Shown here piece after piece: positions 30,846 through 39,754 of a stretch of 64,000 bases of DNA; the stretch's first letter is position 1, and every line of letters starts with the position of its first letter. The translations under genes and the position numbers were made by a program. Below the pieces are notes generated by a model. The model was not told the origin of the DNA and ran no database searches. It worked only from the letters and a program-made list of their open reading frames with translations. Location: positions 3,440 to 67,439 of the forward strand of contig CAZBGR010000002.1 of assembly GCA_964491535.1 (NCBI GenBank), in the 5' to 3' direction. This DNA is from an uncultured Muribaculaceae bacterium (GTDB taxonomy: Bacteria > Bacillota_I > Bacilli_A > RF39 > UBA660).

Positions 30846-31664
30846 TTATTTTTCTTTGTTTGAAGATAATGCATTTAAAGCTAAACCGGTAACAAAAATA
30901 TAAGATAAAATATAAATCCATAATAATAAAATAATTAAATTAACAATACTACCATAAAAAAGATTATAGGTGGCAAAAAGAGCTACATAAAAAGAATAAA
31001 ATTTGGTTATTATAATCCATAAAACAGTTGTAAATAAAGCTCCATAAGTAGAATCTTTACTTTTTATATATTTATCAGGTGCAATAGTATAAATCAATTT
31101 AATGTTAAAAAAGATATATAAAAAGGATAATGGCATTTCTGCTAATTTAAATATATAAAATAACTTATTATGAATAGATTTAATAATATTTATTTCTTTT
31201 AAAGCTAATAAAATAAAATTACCAAAAGCCGGAATAATAATAATAAAACCTAATAATAAAACTAATAAAAAAGTTAAAATGACAGCTTTTATTCTTCTTT
31301 TTAAAACATTATCATTTTTTACCTTATATAAAATATTAGAAGTTACAATGACAGAATGAAGCCCATTAGAGGCTAATAAAAAGGCTGAAACAATAAAGAT
31401 AAAAACACTTACATCAAAACCTTTACCCTCAAATAAAGGAATAATTAAATTGCTAGTTGAAGCCGGAAAGGAATGTTCAATAAAAGCAATAAAATTAGCT
31501 GTTGAAAAAGAAAAAAAGGTCGCAATTAAAGCTACTAAAGTTATTAAAGGAATTAATGATAATACAAAATAAAAAGCCAATTGTCCAGGAAGAACAGTCA
31601 TTACTGGAATGCTAATAACTTCTTTTAGTCTCTTTAGAAAAATAACAATTCTTTTTTTTATCAT
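30846..31664 (-). CDS. YihY/BrkB family membrane protein
   Basis: LPGQLAFYFVLSLIPLITLVALIA motif and polytopic membrane topology. Confidence 0.6.
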   Translation of the reverse strand: MIKKRIVIFLKRLKEVISIPVMTVLPGQLAFYFVLSLIPLITLVALIATFFSFSTANFIAFIEHSFPASTSNLIIPLFEGKGFDVSVFIFIVSAFLLASNGLHSVIVTSNILYKVKNDNVLKRRIKAVILTFLLVLLLGFIIIIPAFGNFILLALKEINIIKSIHNKLFYIFKLAEMPLSFLYIFFNIKLIYTIAPDKYIKSKDSTYGALFTTVLWIIITKFYSFYVALFATYNLFYGSIVNLIILLLWIYILSYIFVTGLALNALSSNKEK

Positions 31665-31679
31665 TATTTACCACCTAAT

Positions 31680-33743
31680 TTAAGAATCCTTATTACTTTT
31701 TTTAGCTTCTTTATCTTTTAACATGTTTAAAATAGCCTCATTAGTAGCATCATCAATTGTTTTAATATCATCTGTAATCATACTATAACCTAAAGAAGCT
31801 CCGTAATCATAAGGTAAATCACTAAACAAATTATTTAACTTTTTAAGATATTCCTCTATAGCAACTTTTTCATAACCAATCATATAAATAAGAAATTCAT
31901 CCCCATCAATCCTAATAACATCTGTTTTAGATAATTGATGATTAATCAAAATATTAGCCACCATTTTAATTAAACGATCTCCCTCATCATGACCATAATT
32001 ATTATTAATTTCTTTTATATTATTTAAATTGATAATCATTATAGCTTGTGGATAAACAGTATTTTCCTCCCATTGATGAAGATGATGGTTTAAATAACAT
32101 CTATTTTTTAACGAAGTAAGATGATCAATATATTTGACTTTTGTATACTCTTTTGCCTTTTTTAATTGTTTTATTTTAAATAATAAAAAATAAAACATTA
32201 CTCCAAAGCTAGGAATTAAAATAATATATAACCATAATGAGGATAAATTTAATTCATCCTCAGTTAATAAAAGATTATTAATAGCTAAATATTGATATTG
32301 CTGCTCATTAATACTAGTTAAATAATATTGATAAAATAAATAAAACAAACGGTTATTATCTTTATTACTAATTAAATAACGATAATTGGGAGAGGCATCA
32401 TCTTCAAAAATAAGATTATAATTTGATAATTTAGTGTGTTTATAATAAAGATAAGTATTATAATCTAGAAGAATTAAATCATAATTAAGCAATTGTTGAA
32501 AACGGTCAACTAATTTCCAAGAAACTTCAGTATTTCGATCTAAAAACTTAGTTAATTTTAAATTTTTTATAGTAGCTATCGTTTTTCCGTCCAACGATGT
32601 TAACCCATCTAAAATTAAATTGTTTTTTATTGATGATAAAACAACATAACGATTAGCGATTACCTCATTGGTTGCTAAATAATTATCCGTTACATTAAAA
32701 TTATAATAATCAAAAATAATGTCAATTTCCCCTTTGTTAAAATCTTTATACAAAGTTTCTATTGAATTATATTTTTTATGAGTTAATTCAATGTTGGAAA
32801 AAGAAGCAAACGGGTCAATAAATTGACTATTAATGCCTGCTAATTTATTATCGATTAAAGCATCATAGGGTTTATTTTCAAGGTAACCATATATATACCT
32901 TTTACTTTTAAAAGCATCCTTTTGCTCATCACTAATATTTTTAAGATCAGCATATAATTTAAACATTGCTTCATTATAATCATTTAAATAATCATTAGCC
33001 ATCCATCCTTGAAAATACTTTTTAATAATACTATTTAATTTATCATCATTATCAAGGTGATAGGTTAAAACATATTTTATAGATAAATTATTAAAAGTAT
33101 ACACTACCTGATACTCATTAGTAATAATAAAAGAAAAATATAATTGGCGGGGAATAATTAAATAATCAATTAAATTATCTTCAAATAAAATATTTAATTC
33201 ATCTATATTATCAACTGGGACATATGATATTTTTTTGGTTTGATTTAAATAATTAGTTATCTTATTTAAATCCCCTCTTAATAACCCAATATTAGTATCA
33301 TCTAATAACTTTAAATCATTTATTTTCTCCTTTTCTTTACTTAAAACAACGTAATAATCTTCTAATAATAACAAATCATTAGCTGATAATAATTGATTAT
33401 TATCTATTATTTTAAAAATAAATTGATTGTTAGGCTGAGGGCCGTTAATATTATAAGAAATCTTATTAAAATCTAAATCACTATCTATTTTAATAGCATC
33501 TAATAACGAAAAAATTAATCCTTCACCACCACTACTAAAAATTGGAATATTATTTAAGATAGCAATATCTATCATCTTGTTTTTATTTTCTTGAATCCAC
33601 CTTTCTTCAAAAAGGCTTAAATTAACCAAATTATTTTTAGGAATAGGATTAAATAATTGATAAGTAATAATACTAGACATAACAATTAAAAAGCAAAGTA
33701 AAAAAATTAAAACTTTAGAATAACGATATTTAATCTTCATCAT
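31680..33743 (-). CDS. Membrane-anchored GGDEF-domain signalling protein with large extracytoplasmic sensor region (degenerate DGDEF motif)
   Basis: N-terminal TM, ~480-aa extracellular region, second TM, then a GGDEF domain beginning HLTSLKNRCYLNHHL. The active-site motif reads RIDGDEF instead of GG(D/E)EF. Confidence 0.7.
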   Translation of the reverse strand: MMKIKYRYSKVLIFLLCFLIVMSSIITYQLFNPIPKNNLVNLSLFEERWIQENKNKMIDIAILNNIPIFSSGGEGLIFSLLDAIKIDSDLDFNKISYNINGPQPNNQFIFKIIDNNQLLSANDLLLLEDYYVVLSKEKEKINDLKLLDDTNIGLLRGDLNKITNYLNQTKKISYVPVDNIDELNILFEDNLIDYLIIPRQLYFSFIITNEYQVVYTFNNLSIKYVLTYHLDNDDKLNSIIKKYFQGWMANDYLNDYNEAMFKLYADLKNISDEQKDAFKSKRYIYGYLENKPYDALIDNKLAGINSQFIDPFASFSNIELTHKKYNSIETLYKDFNKGEIDIIFDYYNFNVTDNYLATNEVIANRYVVLSSIKNNLILDGLTSLDGKTIATIKNLKLTKFLDRNTEVSWKLVDRFQQLLNYDLILLDYNTYLYYKHTKLSNYNLIFEDDASPNYRYLISNKDNNRLFYLFYQYYLTSINEQQYQYLAINNLLLTEDELNLSSLWLYIILIPSFGVMFYFLLFKIKQLKKAKEYTKVKYIDHLTSLKNRCYLNHHLHQWEENTVYPQAIMIINLNNIKEINNNYGHDEGDRLIKMVANILINHQLSKTDVIRIDGDEFLIYMIGYEKVAIEEYLKKLNNLFSDLPYDYGASLGYSMITDDIKTIDDATNEAILNMLKDKEAKKSNKDS

Positions 33744-34194
33744 GATCTCCTTTGACTAATGTCCAAACTATATTATGGCTGTTTTTATTTTTATATCCAA
33801 TAATCGGAAAAGTGTAATCTGTTACTTCGTTTTTTAAATTTATAAAAAACTGCACATCATAAAAAGCTAGTATATCATTAGGAAACCTTGTTAATAAATT
33901 ATCAGCAATTTGATAAGCTTTTTCAAGATTTATACCATCATCAATGATAATAATAATATTAATTATTTTTCCTCTAATATCAATATTAACCTGATCAACT
34001 TCTGATAATGAAAGAAGATTGCTTTTAAAATCATTTTTCAAATCTTCTTTAATTAAAACTTGATTAATGCCTTCTAAACGGTTACCATAAACAGATTTAA
34101 TATTATAAAAAGTAAAATAAGCAATAACTAAAATAATAATTAATAAACTGCCACATAAGATAAGTAACCATTTATACCTTTCAACAAATTTCAT
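33730..34194 (-). CDS. Hypothetical small membrane-anchored protein
   Basis: 154 aa, N-terminal TM; overlaps the GGDEF gene start by 14 nt. Confidence 0.35.
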   Translation of the reverse strand: MKFVERYKWLLILCGSLLIIILVIAYFTFYNIKSVYGNRLEGINQVLIKEDLKNDFKSNLLSLSEVDQVNIDIRGKIINIIIIIDDGINLEKAYQIADNLLTRFPNDILAFYDVQFFINLKNEVTDYTFPIIGYKNKNSHNIVWTLVKGDHDED

Positions 34195-34299
34195 CTCTCA
34201 CCTCTTGCATTAGAGATTATACTACAAATAACTAAAAATGGTCAATTACAATTCTATATTATTATTATATTTTAACAAATTAAATATGTTAAAAAATAA

Positions 34300-34331
34300 G
34301 TAATAAAAACAAAAAACGGTTTCCCCGTTTT
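34300..34331. terminator. Hairpin with flanking T-runs immediately downstream of comK
   Basis: AAAAACGG-tttcc-CCGTTTTTT; T/A runs on both sides. Confidence 0.5.
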
Positions 34332-34781
34332 TTAAATCGTTTTTCTACTTCTCAATACTGACTCTAATCTCGTAGCCCTTAAAATTTGGTTTTCTAAGGA
34401 ACCATAGGAAATATCTACATCCAGTAAATAGCCACTAGTAAATATTACTAATGAATTTTTGTGATCGATTTTCTTGTACTTTTCAATGTTCTTTAACGAT
34501 ATCCAACAACAATCATATAATCTTGGTGAATTAGTAGGAAAAAAGATTATTTCCCTACTCTCTTCAACGATAATAGGTGCTTTATGGGAAACACCAATTA
34601 ATTTTTTTGTTCCGGAATGGCGGCCAAAATAAGAACTTCCGAAAAATTGGCAACTATTTTCAATAATATCCATTGGTTTCATATTAACAATAAAAGTACG
34701 ATCCTTTTCAACTACTTTAGAATGACCATTATCAATTGGTATAATGGCTAAAGTTTCGGCCGAAATTTCATAAGATGTCAT
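34332..34781 (-). CDS. comK: ComK-family competence transcription factor
   Basis: Strong by-eye match to B. subtilis ComK: SYEISAETLAIIP, FIVNMKPMDIIENSCQFFGSSYFGRHSGTKKL, ISYGSLENQILRATRL. 149 aa, shorter than Bsu ComK at the C-terminus. Confidence 0.8.
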   Translation of the reverse strand: MTSYEISAETLAIIPIDNGHSKVVEKDRTFIVNMKPMDIIENSCQFFGSSYFGRHSGTKKLIGVSHKAPIIVEESREIIFFPTNSPRLYDCCWISLKNIEKYKKIDHKNSLVIFTSGYLLDVDISYGSLENQILRATRLESVLRSRKTI

Positions 34782-34903
34782 TTTTTCACCTCCTTTTTTG
34801 GGTCTATATATTTTTTTCTTAATAAAAAATATATATTCCTCTATTTTAGGATGAAAAACTGTAAAAAATGTCGTTTTTTGTCATTAATTATTTTTTATAG
34901 CCT

Positions 34904-36880
34904 TTATTCTAATATATCCTTTAATTTATCCTCATTCCAAATACTAATTCCTATTTTTAAAGCCTTTATATATTTACTACCCGGATTCTTTCCCACGATA
35001 ACTATATCAGTTTTAAAAGATACATTTTCACTTACTTGACCATTGTGATTTTCAATTATAGTTATTAATTCTTTCCTAGGAATTGATAAAGTCCCCGTAA
35101 TAACAAAAGTTTTACCATCAATATGAGGATTAAAGATTTGATTTTTAACTATATATTTCATATTTATACCTAGTTTTTTTAAATCAGTAATCATCTTTTG
35201 GTTATCTAAATTACTAAAATAATTAATTAAATTTTGAGATATAATGGGACCTATATCATTATTCATCATAAGCTCCTTAATGGAAGCTTGGCTTAAATTA
35301 TCTAAAGTTTGATATTTAGCTGCTAAAACTTTAGCAATTTTACTACCTACTTGGCTAATACCTAAAGCAAATAATAATTTGTCTAATGAATTTTGTTTGC
35401 TGTTTTCTATATTTATTAATAATTTGTCTATACTTTTATTCCCAAAACCCTCTAATTCTTTTAATTCTTCTTGATGTTGATATAAAAGATAAATATCAGG
35501 CAACGTTTTTAAAAAGCCCAAATTATAAAAGTCTTCTATTATTTTTTCACCTAAACCTTCAATATTCATTGCTTTTCTACTTACAAAATGAACTAAACCT
35601 TCAATCTTCCTAGCTTCACAATTTTTGTTATAACAAAAATAACCACTATTACTTTTTACTAATAACGTATTACAAATAGGACAATCTTTAGGCATTTTAA
35701 ATTCTTTCTCTTTACCCCGACGGCGCTCTTTAACTGCTTTAACTACTTCAGGAATAACTTCGCCTGCTTTCCTAACAATAACGATATCCCCTATTTTAAT
35801 ATCCTTTTCCTTAATAATATTTTCATTATGAAGACTAGCCCTTCTAATCAAAGAACCTTGAATAATAACTGGTTCTAAAACAGCATTAGGGGTTACTTGT
35901 CCAGTTCGTCCAACTGTAAAAACAATATCTTTTAATCTAGTAGTTGCTTCTTTAGCGGGAAATTTATAGGCAGTTGCCCATTTGGGTTGCCTATCAGTAG
36001 CCCCTAATTGTTGTTGATCTAAAAGATTATCTACTTTTATTACGATACCATCAATATCATAATCTAAAGTTTGACGATGATTAGTATAAAAGTCAATAAA
36101 AGTTAAAACATCATCTATTTTATTTATATATTTACTATTAGGTTCTAATTTAAAACCTAACTCTTTTAAATATTCTAAACTTTGAGAATGCTTTGTCATC
36201 CCATAATTCATAGCATTAGCTAAATGATAAACAAAACAATCTAATTGACGTTTTAAAACCACTTTAGAATCTAATTGTCTAACAGTACCCGAAGCAGCAT
36301 TACGAGCATTCATAAAAGGCTTTAAACCTTCTTTATAACGATTTTGATTAAGTTTAATAAAAACCTTTTTAGGAATAAATATTTCTCCTCGAACTTCAAT
36401 ATCTATTTTTTCTTTTATCTTTAAAGGAATTGATTTAATCATTCTAACATTAACAGTAATATCCTCACCAACTAAGCCATCTCCTCTAGTAACTGCCCTT
36501 ATAAATAGTCCTTGTTCATAAATTAATGAAATAGCTAAACCATCAATCTTTAACTCACATACATATCCAGAAGTAATCTTTTTTTCTTTAAGACGAGCAT
36601 CAAACTTTCTAACATCAGTTTCATTAAATATATTTCCTAAACTAAGCATTGGAATTTTGTGGGAAACCTTAAGATATTTAGCTGAGGCACGACTCCCTAC
36701 TTTTTGAGTTGGGGAAGTTGAAAGAACATAATTTGGATATTTAGCTTCCAAATTAAATAACTCTTGCATATAACGATCATATTCTTGATCAGTTAAACTA
36801 GGATTATCTAACCCATAATATTCATGATTTGCTTCATCAATAATTTTAATTAATTCCTTAATTCGTTTTTTTATATCCAT
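34904..36880 (-). CDS. ligA: NAD-dependent DNA ligase
   Basis: KxDG adenylation motif (ELKIDGLAISL), Zn-finger cysteines, HhH and BRCT regions. Confidence 0.93.
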   Translation of the reverse strand: MDIKKRIKELIKIIDEANHEYYGLDNPSLTDQEYDRYMQELFNLEAKYPNYVLSTSPTQKVGSRASAKYLKVSHKIPMLSLGNIFNETDVRKFDARLKEKKITSGYVCELKIDGLAISLIYEQGLFIRAVTRGDGLVGEDITVNVRMIKSIPLKIKEKIDIEVRGEIFIPKKVFIKLNQNRYKEGLKPFMNARNAASGTVRQLDSKVVLKRQLDCFVYHLANAMNYGMTKHSQSLEYLKELGFKLEPNSKYINKIDDVLTFIDFYTNHRQTLDYDIDGIVIKVDNLLDQQQLGATDRQPKWATAYKFPAKEATTRLKDIVFTVGRTGQVTPNAVLEPVIIQGSLIRRASLHNENIIKEKDIKIGDIVIVRKAGEVIPEVVKAVKERRRGKEKEFKMPKDCPICNTLLVKSNSGYFCYNKNCEARKIEGLVHFVSRKAMNIEGLGEKIIEDFYNLGFLKTLPDIYLLYQHQEELKELEGFGNKSIDKLLINIENSKQNSLDKLLFALGISQVGSKIAKVLAAKYQTLDNLSQASIKELMMNNDIGPIISQNLINYFSNLDNQKMITDLKKLGINMKYIVKNQIFNPHIDGKTFVITGTLSIPRKELITIIENHNGQVSENVSFKTDIVIVGKNPGSKYIKALKIGISIWNEDKLKDILE

Positions 36881-36983
36881 TTTAGCTCCTCACTTTTACT
36901 ATTATTTTAGAATTCATTATTTTATTTTTAACCTTTAAAATTATAAATTGGTTTAATTATTTTAATAATATCAACTGTATCTT

Positions 36984-37550
36984 TTATTTTAACATATATT
37001 CATCTAAGGTTAAATTATTTTCACTAAGATAAAGGGCTAAAGTTTTACCTACATATCTTAAATGCCACGGTTCATAAATATAACCTGTAATAGATTGTTT
37101 CCCTTTAGGATATCTAACAATAAATCCAAATTGAGGGGCTAGTTTATTAGTATAAATAGAAGCTTCTAAATTATCTACATCCTGTTCAATAATAAAATTA
37201 TTATCTTTAAGAACACAATAATCTAAAGCCTCCCCAGTTTGATGCTCTGAATGCCCTGGTTTCGCTACCGCTTGATAGGCATAAGTTTCTCCTTTTTCCT
37301 TAATAAGATTAATTAATAATTGCTGTTGATAATCATACGATCGATAACCACTTTCAATTTCAAGATCAAAACCTGCTTTTAAAACTTCTTTTTGTAAAGC
37401 TTGCCAATGTTTAAAAGTTTCAGCTTCTAACATTATTCCTTTATGATAACGACTATTAGTCTTAACTAAGTTATTAGGTTTAAAATATTTATCAATTCCT
37501 CTTTCTTTATTAACATAAATAAACTGTTTTATAATATCCCTCCTTATCAT
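36984..37550 (-). CDS. Peptidase M15 family D-alanyl-D-alanine carboxypeptidase (VanY/LdcB-like)
   Basis: SGYRSYDYQQQL, KPGHSEHQTGEALD, EPWHLRYVG metal-binding motifs. Confidence 0.8.
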   Translation of the reverse strand: MIRRDIIKQFIYVNKERGIDKYFKPNNLVKTNSRYHKGIMLEAETFKHWQALQKEVLKAGFDLEIESGYRSYDYQQQLLINLIKEKGETYAYQAVAKPGHSEHQTGEALDYCVLKDNNFIIEQDVDNLEASIYTNKLAPQFGFIVRYPKGKQSITGYIYEPWHLRYVGKTLALYLSENNLTLDEYMLK

Positions 37551-37588
37551 TTAAAATAATCTTTAATATTTTCATTATCCCTAACTCC

Positions 37589-39649
37589 TCACTTATCTTT
37601 ATTCTTTATTATTTTTATTCCATATGGATAACTAAAAGCTGCAACCATTATTTTTTTACCTTTAGAAATAATAAATCCCTTTCCATATTTCTTGTGAATA
37701 ATAGACTGCCGTTTAACTGCTTTTATTTTAGGAAGCTTAGTTATCTTTAATTGCTTATCTTTCATTATTACCTTCTTAAGATAATCATCACCTATTTCTT
37801 TAATAAAACGACTAACTAAATTACCAGCTCGATCACCAAATAATAATCTATTTTTAGTATTAGTTAAATAAAGATACTTTTTAGTTCTAGTCAAGCCAAC
37901 ATAAAAAAGACGTCGCTCTTCTTCTAGTTCTTCAAGATTATCTAAAGCATTATGATGGGGAAAAAGTCCTTCCTCTAAACCGGTTATAAAAACAATTTCA
38001 AACTCTAAACCTTTAACAGCATGAATAGTCATTAACGATACTCGATTAGTAAGATTAATTGATTCACTTTTATCAGTAAATAAACTAATTTCCATTAAAA
38101 AAGACGCTAAAGAGACTTCATCATGTTGTTCCTCAAATGATTTAACAATTGATTTAAATTCAGCTATATTTTCTAATCTCATAGTAGATTCTAAATCATT
38201 GTTTTTAGCTAAAGAAGCAACTAAACCAGATTTAATTAAAACTTTATCTATTAACTTACTAAGAGATAATTGTTCACTATCCTTTTTTAACTCTTCAATC
38301 AACTGTTTAAAAGCTTGTTCTTTACCCCCATTAAGAACTTCATAAATAGCTTTTTGTTCTTCTTTAGCTTTAGCAACTAATTTATCAATTGTTTTTATAC
38401 CTATTCCGCGAGGAGGATTATTAATACATCGAAGAAGATTAAGATTATCTTGTTCATTATAAATAACTTTTAAATAAGCTAATAAATCCTTTACCTCTTT
38501 ACGATTATAAAAAGCATAACCACCTATTATTTTATAAGGTATATTTTCTTTTAAAAAGACTTCCTCAATTACTCTAGATTGAGCATTAGTCCGATATAAA
38601 ACCGCTATATCATTATATGAATAAGAGTGTTTAATCATTATCCCTTTTATTTCTTTAACAATAAAAGAAGCCTCATCTCGTTCATCGACAGCTTGATAAT
38701 AACTTATCTGATTACCTTTCCCCTTTTCAGTCCATAAATTTTTAGGATGTCTTAATTCATTATAACTAATTACCTTATTAGCGGCTTCTAAAATAAGTTT
38801 AGGTGAACGATAATTTTCTTCTAATAAAATTACTTTAGCTTTTTGATAATCCTTTTCAAAATTAAGAATATTTTGATAATTCGCTCCTCTAAATCCATAA
38901 ATAGCCTGATCGGCATCACCAACCACCCAAATATTTTGATGTTTAGCGCTAATTAATTTAGCTAAAACATATTGAGCTTGATTTGTGTCTTGATATTCAT
39001 CAATTAAAAGATAATGATAATGAAGCTGATAATCATCTAAAATTTGTTTATTTTTTTTAAACAAAACAACTGGTAATCTTAACAAATCATCAAAATCTAC
39101 CATATTATTATTAATTAAAGAAGCTTGATAATGTTTATAAACACGAGCTACTATTTTATGCCATTCATCTTTGGCATATGTTAGATAATCATTTTCATCA
39201 ATTAATTCATTTTTAGCAGAACTAATTTTATTTTTAATTATCTTAGGATTATAATATTTAATATCTAAATTTAATTCTTTCATAATACTTTTAATAACTG
39301 CTAAGCAGTCATTTTCATCTAAAATAATAAAATTACTAGCTAATTTTAAAGCTTGATGATATTTTTTAATAATTCTTACCCCAAGAGCATGAAAAGTTGA
39401 TATTTGAATACCATAAGCCTCTTTACCAACTAAAGCAAAAACACGATCTTTCATTTCTTTAGCAGCCTTATTAGTAAAAGTAATTGCTAAGATTGAATGA
39501 GGATTAATCTTTTTTTCTTTAATTAAATAAGCAATTTTATAAGTTAAGACTTTAGTTTTACCACTACCCGCCCCAGCTTCAATTAACAAAGGACCTTTAA
39601 GATGAAATAAAGCCTCTTGTTGAGCTTGATTTAAATCATCAATCTTCAT
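37589..39649 (-). CDS. pcrA: ATP-dependent DNA helicase PcrA/UvrD
   Basis: GAGSGKT Walker A, UvrD helicase motifs, TIHAVKGLEF. Confidence 0.9.
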   Translation of the reverse strand: MKIDDLNQAQQEALFHLKGPLLIEAGAGSGKTKVLTYKIAYLIKEKKINPHSILAITFTNKAAKEMKDRVFALVGKEAYGIQISTFHALGVRIIKKYHQALKLASNFIILDENDCLAVIKSIMKELNLDIKYYNPKIIKNKISSAKNELIDENDYLTYAKDEWHKIVARVYKHYQASLINNNMVDFDDLLRLPVVLFKKNKQILDDYQLHYHYLLIDEYQDTNQAQYVLAKLISAKHQNIWVVGDADQAIYGFRGANYQNILNFEKDYQKAKVILLEENYRSPKLILEAANKVISYNELRHPKNLWTEKGKGNQISYYQAVDERDEASFIVKEIKGIMIKHSYSYNDIAVLYRTNAQSRVIEEVFLKENIPYKIIGGYAFYNRKEVKDLLAYLKVIYNEQDNLNLLRCINNPPRGIGIKTIDKLVAKAKEEQKAIYEVLNGGKEQAFKQLIEELKKDSEQLSLSKLIDKVLIKSGLVASLAKNNDLESTMRLENIAEFKSIVKSFEEQHDEVSLASFLMEISLFTDKSESINLTNRVSLMTIHAVKGLEFEIVFITGLEEGLFPHHNALDNLEELEEERRLFYVGLTRTKKYLYLTNTKNRLLFGDRAGNLVSRFIKEIGDDYLKKVIMKDKQLKITKLPKIKAVKRQSIIHKKYGKGFIISKGKKIMVAAFSYPYGIKIIKNKDK

Positions 39650-39754
39650 AGTATCACCTCAATCTTTATAAATCCTTAAAATATAATTAAAATAGTTTTA
39701 AGGTCTCATTATTATATTCTAAAATAAAAAGAGATTATCAGCCTTAAAAACTAT

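Noticed and set aside
39650-39754. Imperfect inverted repeat (GAGATTATC...GATAATTT) between pcrA and dnaE as a terminator
   Set aside because: The stem is only 7/8 with a ~20-nt loop and no clear U-tract, so it is too weak to call.
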